Source: Podarcis muralis (Eukaryota). Taken from it: a DNA stretch of 64,000 nucleotides. The notes beneath the pieces were generated by a model, which saw nothing but the letters and a program-made list of their open reading frames with translations, did no database searches and had not been told where the DNA came from. The position numbers and the translations under genes were made by a program. The DNA lies in NCBI RefSeq assembly GCF_964188315.1, contig NC_135659.1, positions 31,806,001 to 31,870,000 on the forward strand, given 5' to 3'. Shown here piece after piece: positions 49,972-60,770 of this stretch (its first letter is position 1; every line of letters begins with the position of its first letter).

Positions 49972-50552
49972 TGTCACAGACACAGGTTGGATGCAGAGGA
50001 GTGGGGGGGGCACCAGCTGGGGAACCCCCAGGGGAAGAAGGCTCAGAGCCAGGGGACTGGTGGTGGGATGACAATGCGTGGTCAGAGGGAGAAGAGAGAG
50101 CAGACCGGGAACACGAGGGGTCGGAAACAGAAGAGGCAACAGGGTTTGGACTGCTCTCTGCTGTGGCAGAGAGCAGTCCAGACATCAAGGCAGAAGCAGA
50201 GGCTGGAGGGGAGTGGGGCCAGGAGACAGAGGCAGGTTGCTGAAGAAGCCAAGGAGTCTCCCTTTCGTGCTGCAACCAGCTTCCTGCCCACCGGTCTCCT
50301 AAGAACAGACAGAGAGATGAAAAGGACAGCGCAGAGGAGGACTGCACATAGATACGCTTTGTGACTGCTTGGGAAAGACTCTGGAGAGGAGGGAAGGCAG
50401 TGACCTTCATTCGCCACAACTGCCTTGTTGGAGCAAGACCTACTGAAGAGCTGCTGGGACCGCTAGTTTTGGTTTCTTGAATAAAGAGTTAACTTCACCG
50501 ACACCATGCTTTGCTTTGATTCCTGGTCTATGCTTGACTCCAGCTCCTGACA
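49972..50552 (+). mobile_element. Solo LTR, 581 bp (Gypsy/BEL-type termini)
   Basis: TGTCA...TGACA termini, perfect 5-bp TSD ctgtg (49967-49971, 50553-50557), AATAAA at ~50479; no PBS or internal region. Confidence 0.9.
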
Positions 50553-53164
50553 CTGTGGCTCCACTCAAAGGCCAAGCGCATGGCTTCTTGCCATGCTGCC
50601 ATTTCAGTCTTAGCTCTGCACATTCCACAGCTGAAGTGGAACACAGGAATGTAAGAAATGGCCAGACCCCTGGGCATCTAAGTTCAGGGATGTCTACTCT
50701 AGGTGGTCTAGTCATGACTCACCATGGTCTCAACACAGAGGGTGTTGCTATTCTCAGCTGGGATTCCATCGCATGCCTGCTTATTATAGTCAGTTGGGAA
50801 GCTTCATGCAACAGACCCGCTTTCTCAAAAGAGCAGACTTCTTGCTGTAAGGGAAGTGATGGGGAAAACGCACTGGGAAGTGTGCAGGGATTCTTGCTTT
50901 GATGCAGCAGCATCTAACCTCCCTGCAATGGATCAGAATGAATGCTCATTAAATAGCCAACATCAACTAATCTCCCTGCAAGTGGATCAGGGTGGATGCT
51001 CAATCAATAGCCAATGACAACTAAATCTCGCTGCAAACAAATCAGGGTCTGCTCAGTAAGCAGATCATCCTGAAGGGCCCAGAGAGTGAATACCTTCCCC
51101 AGCTCTAACTACAGAGGCTGAAGGTAGACCTGTTGCACGCAAGGCACTTGGCTCCCTGCACTGAGTTATAGCCCTTCCCTTAAAAGCCGATGAGCATAGA
51201 AATTCACGTGAACTATCTTTGTTTCTATTTAGTGACCTTAGCTTTACATCTGTGCCCGAATCAGGAAGCTCCCTTCTTTGTGGATTCAAGGAGAGAGCAA
51301 GTCCGACAGCTAAAATTAAAAATTACAGTAAAACTCCATGACCAGATTCCTTAGCCCTCAAATAGCAGGATGAACAAGCAGAAATACAGTAGGGTGTTAA
51401 GTCTCATTGAACTAGTAGGGCTTGCTTCTGAGAAACATGCACAAGATCACTTATGCTACAGGGCTGTTGTGCAGTTTCCAGATTCAGTTTTCAAATCTAC
51501 CTATGGATAGCCTGTTGGGTCACTCAGAACAGATCTGCTATGTATGTACGTGTAATCGTTGGATTAGCTTTCAGCTTTAGCAATATGGTTGTGGTCCTCA
51601 CTTTTGAGTTAAAGTGGGCTGCATTTGCCTCTTATGTATTCTCTTCAGGCCTGGCAGTTAAAAATAATAATAGCATGACAGGTTATAAAAGTTCTGTTTA
51701 CCTATTGTAGAAAAGGTATAGTATCCATAAAGGATTTTAAAAGGAAACATTTGGTTTATTCCCTTGCACTTGAGTCATTTATGATACGTAGCCAAAGAGA
51801 CTCAAGTTTATTGACCTAGTTCATTAAGTACTCAGACAGAAATAATAATAAACTCAAAACTCCAGCACAAACTAGACAAGGCATGCTTGGGACATGTTTC
51901 AGATGAGGCCTGGAGAACAATAGTCATAAGCCAAACGATGTACCACTTTCTCAAAAAAGGTACCACTTCACTGGGTTAGCGTGGACCTTTTGACAGGGAG
52001 ATTAAACAGATAGCTAAAAATAAGAGAGACGGTTTCTGTAAAACTGAAGAGACAAGACAAAAGGGCAAGGGGAACCCGCAGACAGTTGCTATCCATACAA
52101 GCAGGGGAACACTTGTGTGACAGTTGGCCCAAGTGCATCAGATGGAAGACACCAAGCCCAGGAAGGTCACTGTACTCCGTACATAAAGCGGGGCTGAGAG
52201 AAAATCCTTCTTAAAGGGGGTGGAGGGAGAAAAAGAAGGGAGACACCAGGGTTCAAACAAAGTTTTATGAGGACAGCTAAAGTGCACACAGCTTGTAAAA
52301 GGCCTAAAAATGACAACAAGCTGTAGCTTGATACGGAGTCATCTCCTAAAAGTATACTATAAGGATACACTGTAGAGTTTATGAGATGGTTAACATTGCC
52401 AACAGGTGACTGAATAGCTTTTCCTCGGGCCATCAGAGGAGAATACTTTCTCTACAAAGCAGAGGGGAGAGAAGTACAGCGCTTAGACTTCTTCCTGTCT
52501 TCCGGCAAACACCACCCTCTGGTAGAACGTCCCATGGCAGGGTTAAGGGCCACCATGTCAAAGAAGACCTTTAAAACCTTCCATTTGAACAACTTGTTCC
52601 ACCCACATGGACAAATCACATGGAGGATTTGCAAGAGGGTCAGCTTGCAGGAGCAAGTTCTGCCCTGGCTGAACTTTGCGATCTGCTGTTGCATCATGTC
52701 CAATCTCAGTTATCAACCATGTTTCCAGGTGTGTGTTTGGGCCCCCAGTGGTGGTGCAGTTTACCTGTTGCACGCATCTCCCCAGTTTTGCTGCATTTTA
52801 ATATGTGCCCGTTTGTAAAACCAAACCCTCTATCTATCAGGATAATCTTAAAGAGTGCAAAGCAGCACTGACTGCTACGCCAGAGTCCTGAAATGGTTTA
52901 TTTGCATCAGAATGCTTTACGCTAAACCAAACCCCAACATGTTTGCCACAAATACAGAGGGGGCAGAAGAAGTTGCACTGTGGTATAATGAGACAGCATG
53001 AAGCAAAGACTGATGCTGTCGCAGAGAAACAAAATGAAGAGATCTGGGAAGAGAAGAGAGATGTTCTGTTCCCACGGTTGGAGGCAACGTGTATCTTCAC
53101 GTTGGCATCTGCTTGGACACTATGAGAATAGGATGCTGAATGAGATGGGCCTTTGTTTTGATGC

Positions 53165-53421
53165 AGGAAGAAGAAGAGGAGGAGGAGGAGGAGAAGGAGT
53201 TTGGATTTGATATCCCGCTTTATCACTTCCCGAAGGAGTCTCAAAGCGGCTAACATTCTCCTTTCCCTTCCTCCCCCCACAAGTGAGTGGGGCTGAGAAA
53301 CTTCAAAGAAGTGTGACTAGCCCAAGGTCACCCAGCAGCTGCATGTGGAGGAGCGGAGACACGAACCCAGTTCCCTAGATAACGAGTCTACCGCTCTTAA
53401 CCACTACACCACACTGGCTCT
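53165..53421 (-). mobile_element. Squam3-like SINE with small internal deletion
   Basis: Reverse complement of 38462-38706, with a (GAG/GAA)n tail. Confidence 0.82.
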
Positions 53422-54059
53422 CTTATGTTCTAACGACAAGCCAGGAAATTAATGACCTGAATGTAATCCTGAATTTTAATCTGCTAAACAAGAGCAGCAG
53501 ATAGAAACCGAATTTACTTTTGTTTAGAGCAGCCAACAGTTGGATGACTATTTGAGAAGGCAGTATTTTTATTCCCCCATATCCTAGTGGCCATTGGCAA
53601 GTGGTGTAAACTAGCCACAAAAGAATTCATGACTAGTATGAGATAGGAGTCAAGGTTTTGCCAGCTCGTTCTCTAAAAAACAAAAAAAGAAGTGCTGCAC
53701 CCATCTCTCAAATACCTGCCCACAATGTTAAGTTTCTTTTTTCAGGAATGCCCCATAGATTTGGGTTTATTGTTTTCTAGAATGGCAAGACCTGCTTTTG
53801 TTGTTTTTAGAGATTTTTGTGGATGATTCAATTGCTTTCAGAAATAGGGTTTTGTGTTTTATCCTATTTTTTATTTTGTATACAACTTTGATGGTCTCTA
53901 GCTGCAAAGCAGTTTATAAATCTGTCAAATGTAATAACTTAAAAGATATTCAGGGCAGAAGCACAGGAGTCCTAGGCCTGTGATTCTGACATCCCCTTAC
54001 TGCGTATGAAACTGCGTTACACACCAGTGTTTAGAATCTGAACCCGAGTAAAAACGAAA

Positions 54060-54135
54060 CACCCCAGAAACTTAGGAACAGAGCAGTTGTGTCCATGCGA
54101 GTAAACACAAGCCATAACCTTTGCAATACTTTATT
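54060..54135 (-). terminator. Candidate cleavage/polyadenylation site
   Basis: Minus strand AATAAA (tttatt at 54130-54135) followed by GTATTGCAAAGGTTATGGCTTGTGTTT and GGTGTTTCGTTTTT GU/U-rich downstream elements, at the edge of a repeat-poor block. Confidence 0.5.
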
Positions 54136-57100
54136 CTGAAGTGGAAGAAAACAGGCTGGGGAAACCACTGCACAAAACAGCATTCACCGGATTTTGAAGT
54201 GTGCACATCTGCTCTGAGCCCTGTCCGTAGGGTCAAATGTGCTAGCTCTTTCTTTTTCTTCTTTTTTTGCTGCTCATGGCATTTTCCATTCCTAGACTAA
54301 TTGGAGGGTTTTATATCTCTCTCTCTCTATATATATATATATATAATTAAGCCCCAAAACTCAAAGGAGTACTATTCTAGCCAGCTTGGTTTCTACCACG
54401 CTATAAAAACCTACTGAAAGCTAGGGGATTATTCCTCAGCAAACACAGCTCTTTACAAAAACCTTCTTCACACTGTTAGGGCCCTCCAGATAAGCTTGCA
54501 AAGGGCTTTATGGAGGTCTCTTTATAGTTTTATAGGCTGGGTAGTACACAGTTAGGGAACTGCTAAACTAAGTCACACCATTGGTCCACCCGGTTCAGTA
54601 TCACTGACACTGGATGGCAGCAGCTCTCCAGGTAGTTTCAGACAAGGTTCTCTCCCTGCCCTACCTGCAGATGCTGGGGACTGAGCCCAGGACTCTTTGC
54701 AGGGTATCTTCAGGAGAAGAAAAGGCTAAGGAGTAAATCCTACACAGATCTGGAGTCCCTGGAGCCTTGTATGCCTCCTTCTTGCAGCGCCTGCAGCCCA
54801 GCTGGTGTGAAACGTCTTGCTCTGCTTTCCCTTAGACCACATCAGCGAGGTCGAGAGGGGGGTCCTGTTGTCTGGGCAGCCCAGGACCTCCATCTACACT
54901 GCCCAGGCTTGCGCCCCAGGAAGGTTGCTTTGGTGCTGCTAACTTTAGAGGGTAGTTGTAAAAAGTAGTTTTAACAGTTAAAAGCACACCATGCAAGCAG
55001 CAATATCGCCACCTAAAAGGTAGCCTTTCATGGGGCCTGCAAGGGAAACTCCTTACGCTGCTATCATTTCTTAAGTCTTACCTTTATTTGCACCAGGGGA
55101 AATCGTAGCCATCCATTCATTTTGTATTCTGGCAGGTTTATCTGGAATGCCAGAAAGACAGTTTATTATTATCTCATCCGTATCCGGCACTATGAAAAAA
55201 ATGCCACTGAGTCCAGCCATCAAGACTGCTATTATTGCTTTGCATAAGACTAGGGCAAGATCGGAAACAGACTAAACAGTATTGCTTTGTATCCAGAGGA
55301 AACCCTTCCATAACCAACAAGCATCTTCTCAGTGCAATAGTACTAATTTGTATTCAGACATCCTCTTAAGAATGTGGTACCTGGCCTTATGCTTGTCCCC
55401 CTCAAAGTTCTGCCCATTTCCCAGGTCTGTCTACTGCCTTCTCCAAATAGGTTTTCCTGTTTGCCTGAGTGAAGTCCTGTAGAGTGTAGATAACATAAAA
55501 CATCCACATTGTACCAGGAAGTGCTGTTTGAACATCTTTGCAATGTCTTCTCAAAGCCGTCGAGCTTCCGGTGGGTCATGCATACTTGGAGCAGTACAAC
55601 TTGTGTGCCATATCCCTGTTTCAGTAGAAAACCCAAATTGCACTCGCTTTGAGGATCCAATTAAAAGTATGTGAATTATCTTGCAATCACATTCATTTTA
55701 AGCAGCTTAATGCTCAAAGCAGGAAGACAACTTGAAAGGGCACCATCTAAAACAAGTGTGTTTATGAAGAAAAAAAACTGGCAAACTCTTGCCTGGCCCC
55801 TTTAATTTTGATGGGGTTACCCTGGGTTATTATCAGAAGTTGAAAGGTCCCGAAGCTTTTGTTTTGAACCCACAGGTGTTCTTTGTAGGGCCTATTTTTT
55901 AATAAAGAGTCTTATTTGTTTTTTTAAATTAGCTCATATTGTGAGTTACCACATCTGTGCTATGTGGTAATGAAACCCAGGGGGAGGTCACAGCAGGAGG
56001 GGGGCTTTAGCAGGCAGAAAACATCTGGATATCGCTTTCGAGATTCACTTGCAGCTTCTTGCATTTTATTAAGCAAAGAAACTTACACTGTGCTCAACTG
56101 TGGCACCCAGGAAAAATAAGATTTCTATAAAAAAATACACAAGCCTAGCTCTAAAGCAGCATTCTCTCTGCTCAGCAAGTTTGGGGCTACCTAGCAGACC
56201 ATCGGCAAGGCAGTCTCCACCTTTAAAGATCTTTGCACAACTTATACGACATCATTAAAAAATGTGCATGTTTTATTTCACAGCATGCTGGCCTTGAAAA
56301 CTGTGATGTTGTCATGCTCCTTGGTAACCGAATGGCTCCATGTTGAAAGTTGCGGGGAAGTGACCTAGTTTTACAGGCCATGCAACTGCCCATTCCTAGA
56401 GGATAAAAACTGTATCGGACTGCACCTGTAGCAAAGTTGTACATAGGGCAGGTTCGACATTCAAGTTTAGAAATACTACAGACCTCTCTCTTTTCATCTG
56501 CTTCCCAAGCTAAATCTCAAGTAGATTTAACCTTCAGGAGTCTCCTTGGCTGGAAGTGCAGGTCATCCTAAAAAGGGCTGAAACTCCAGACAACAGTTGC
56601 TTCGGCAGGCAAAATGCTGATGACTAAATATTTAGGAACTATCCCATTAAGAGATCAAAGCAAGCACTTAAAAGCGGAGTCAGCTGACCGTCCCTCAGCT
56701 AAAAGGACAGCTGCGGCAGAGAACTGCTAAGAGCTCAGAATTTCCATAAAGGTTGCATTGATGCATTACAGCTTTGGGGTAACAAATGGGCAGCCTCAAT
56801 CGCATGCCGAAACGTCCCTCTCCGGAGATAGCTCACTTTTACAGAAAGCAGAATGTTTCAAGAGGGTAGTTTAACATGCTTGTGTGCATGTGTATGTCTA
56901 AGTCTCCAAACAAAAGCTTCCCTGTTTTTCAAAACCAGGGGAGCTTTCTGAATCCCAGTGGCATGGCAGCAACTGCCACCACCTGGAAGTCATCTTCAAG
57001 CCTGTGCTGGTAATTGGAGCTGCACTGCCATTTCCTCGGGGAGGAAAGTCAGGCTTGGATAGGCCAAGGTTATATGTACTGCTGGTTGGGGTGGTGGCTG

Positions 57101-57421
57101 GCTCAGGCTTCAGCTATCCTCCTTCCAAATTAGTTGCTTTCCGGAGCCCTAACCCCAACGCTGTGCGTCTGTGCCTTTGCTCCTCCTATTCACAATTTCC
57201 TTAAGGCCTAGGGGCGATGCCCAAGAGTTTGGTTTCAAAGGCAGATGCTCTTACTGCGTTGCCTACCTGAGCAAAACAGGAATCTGCTCCAATTGGAACC
57301 TCTTAAAAATATGGACACTCAATCCTTAGCTAGGCCTTGCCACCATTTAATCGATCACCCACTGAATCTCATAATTTCATAACACAAGGTTTCTAGAGTC
57401 CTACCTCTGTGTACATGACTA

Positions 57422-57663
57422 CAGTGGTACCTCGGGTTACATACGCTTCAGGTTACATATGCTTCAGGTTACAGACTCCGCTAACCCAGAAATAGTGCTT
57501 CAGGTTAAGAACTTTGCTTCAGGATGAGAACAGAAATCGTGCTCCGGTGGCGCGGCAACAGCAGGAGGCCCCATTAGCTAAAGTGGTGCTTCAGGTTAAG
57601 AGCAGTTTCAGGTTAAGTACAGACCTCCGGAACGAATTAAGTACTTAACCCGAGGTACCACTG
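57422..57663 (+). mobile_element. Tigger/pogo-like MITE, family 1
   Basis: TIRs and TA TSD. Confidence 0.93.
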
Positions 57664-59299
57664 TATTTGAGGCTGGTTTGACTGCAGAAATGGGACGACG
57701 ATAAAGAGAAACCATCCCTGTGATATTTATACTTTTAAACCCAAATGTGTGCATTTTCGTACTGACTACCCCCCCCCCTCGTCCCGGCAATTTGAATATC
57801 TGAGATTTTCTTTTCTGGAAGAAGAAGAAAAAAAGACACTAGACTCTCCTCCCCCTTTCCCATTGGGCATTTTATTTTATATATCATTTGCATTAGGTAA
57901 TCAACTGAAACACTTCAACAACAGAAAGCTCTCAGCAAGGTACGGGGGGGGGGGGGAGGAATGAAGCAATTATCTCAAACAGATGTGACAAAACGGTTTT
58001 AGATTTGGGAGTATTGCACAACTGAAATCAGCACGTGAAGAGGAAGGAAAACGAGAGAGAGGGGCGAGCGTCTTCTAACATGGATTGTGAGGGGGGAAAG
58101 GCACCATTTAGCTGTGTGTATTAAAAAAATAATGAGGCACAATCCAAGTTCTCAATATTACATTCGACACTGCTTCTGAAATGCTCGAACTAACACAGAA
58201 GCTACGGCTTCCATTTTCTAAAATTTCGGTACGAGGGGAAAAACAAGCATCTAAACAGATTTTTGAAAGCAAACCTGCTATTTAAAAAAAAAAAATCTTT
58301 ACAAGGGATTCAGTTTATAAATAGGTGCCACAAAAGTTTACATAGCTACATGGTCTTAAAATAGGATATATTCTGGCAGCTGATCGTAGATTACACGCCT
58401 TTCCCCCTCAAAATCTCTTTCTGGTCTGATCTCTAGGACTCACAAAATGATCCACCTTTTAAGAGCTAAATTGGCAGTGCGTGAGACAGGCTTTTCAGCA
58501 TGCTTTCTCTGCAGCATAGTTTAGGCACCATATTTTCTTTATACAAAACACTTCTAATGCCACATGATGTATTCCGCCCCACCCCCCTCCGCTTAAAAAG
58601 CCACAACTTGATCTGCTGTTCTGGCTGCAATCCTATGCATACTTACTTGGAAGCAAATCTCACGGAAATCAGTAAGGCTTTGTTGCCAAGGGCATGGATG
58701 CAGGACCAGAAGGTTTTAAACACAGGCAAATGTTTAGGATGGGAATGACGTGGCAGCTGCCTGTATTCAGAAATGTAAAGTGTCTCGGAAGCAATACAGA
58801 TTCGGAAATAGACCGCTTTTTCAGAAACCATTGCTCAAGTCTCTAAGAATATACAGTGTCTGAACAAGTCCGTGAATGAACACATTTGTATATTTTGAAG
58901 CACTTGCTCGCAAAAATATTCTATGTATAAAGCTTTGCTTCAGACCACATGGCTCTGCACGTTAAGGGTTTCAAAAAGGTACCAATAATTAGAATCTGCT
59001 ACAAATACTGTTCAGCTCTTTGCATGCTTTCGTAAGTGAATTTGCAGGTTGCAGATTCTAGAAGAACGAAATTCAGTGAATTCAGGAGGGAGGGGAGAGC
59101 ATCTCTCATTTGTAAGGAAGAAATGTAGGCTATTTGTCAGATTTCTAATCCACCTTCCAGAGCCTAGCTGTTCATAGATTTTATACAAAACAAAAACTAA
59201 GGGCCCCAAACAATCCTCTAATGAGCAGTAACAAATAAAATTAATGAACCGGCGCATCAAGCACACATGGATTGAAATAAAGTCTTAGAAGTTATTTCA

Positions 59300-59530
59300 A
59301 AAGCCAGTATCAATGTGGCCATGCATATTTCCCTGGAGAGGGCATTCTGAAGTCACCACTAACAAGGCCCTGTCTCTGGTACCTGCAATTTAATAATTGT
59401 AATGGTGAGCCAGACAGCAGAGCCTCCGAAGCTGATCTAAACACCTTGGTAGCCTCATATGGGTGCAAGCGGTCATTCAGATATACTACTGGGGTCCAGT
59501 TTAAGGGCTGCAAAGGTTAAAAGCAGCACA
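59300..59530 (-). mobile_element. Old L2 fragment
   Basis: LNWTPVVYLNDRLHPYEATKVFRSASEALL resembles the L2 ORF2 C-terminus. Confidence 0.6.
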
Positions 59531-60499
59531 TTAAACTGGACCCAGAAATGAAAAGGATATACTTAGGGTGCCTGACCTGCCAAACCATGACTAAAACAGT
59601 TTCACTTGCAGAGTAGACAAACACTCATAGACCAATGCCTCAATGCAACGTCTCCATACTTGCGTCCCAATTCCACAGAGTGCTTGGATGTATAGATCTC
59701 CCATTTAAATTCAACACAGCAAGGCAAGCACACAATTATCCGAGTCTCCCATCCACATGAATAGTACTGCCCTTTCCTGTATGGATGTGCACTCTCATAC
59801 AATAATTTGTAATGATCCAATAGCTCAAGGAAATACTATCATAATCAGGAATGTTACAGCAGATATAGAAACCCACCTAGAATTCCAGGTTTCACCAAAC
59901 ATGTATAAAAAAGCAAAGAGAAACACAGTCCCTCGCTAACTAGCAATTTGTAAATGAATTCCGTAAAACTTATTCCAATGTTTCTAACTGTACTTTTCAA
60001 TGCACACATCAAAATATTTCAGTGAATTTAGATCTACAGGCAACTGTCACCAGGGATTGTGGGCTACAATTTGAAAGAATATATTTTATTCAATAGTCAA
60101 TATAAGGTTATTTGACAATTAAACTGGGAAAATAAGTTCCCCATGGGGGGGGGTGTTTTGGGGGGCGGGGATTAGCCACAATAGTCCTGGCATATACTAT
60201 TGGGCTTGGAACCTCTGGCATACATTTTTCTGGTCAAAACACTCCTCTCCACCCCTTTCCAACATTTTACGTTCAGATCCAAACATTTTTAACAGCTTTC
60301 CCCCCCATAGTGGTATATTCATGGCTCTGTGTCGAGAAAACAATGGGCAAGATCCATCACATGTTAATATGCTGTGCAAATTTTTCTATGACAGCTTTAT
60401 AGGATGCTACTCTGGAGGGCTCCTGACCTTGAGAAACGCTTTTTCGGGGGGCTGCCTCTTAAAGAGCAGGGGAACTCAAAACAGAAATGATTCCTGATC

Positions 60500-60770
60500 T
60501 CCAATCAAACCATGGTTTACAATAAAGGCAAACCATGGTTTACAATCAGCCATCAAAATCAGGAGCTGAAAACACGGTTTCAAACTGGTTTGCAAACCTT
60601 GCCTGCAGAACAATGTTCCAACAAGCCATCATGGCTTGTCAGCAAAACAAAATCACTGTCTGGTTTGGGATGAGGTTTCACACTCTAAACCATGGTTTGG
60701 GAGGTTATCCAGGGATTTGCAGGGAAAAGAGGGGAAGAGAAACCATGGCTTGCCTTTATGTCTGAAGGAC
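60500..60770. repeat. Old palindrome-rich repeat (AAACCATGGTTT x3)
   Basis: Perfect 12-bp palindrome at 60507, 60530 and 60687; the end tttatgtctgaa is shared with the element at ~41260-41450. Confidence 0.65.

Noticed and set aside
49880-50419. Ser/Pro-rich 179-aa and 111-aa minus ORFs
   Set aside because: Antisense shadows of the purine-rich LTR.
51840-52830. Unique, moderately GC-rich block that might be a decayed coding element
   Set aside because: No RT, integrase, transposase or viral motif found in any frame; cannot be supported without a tblastx search.
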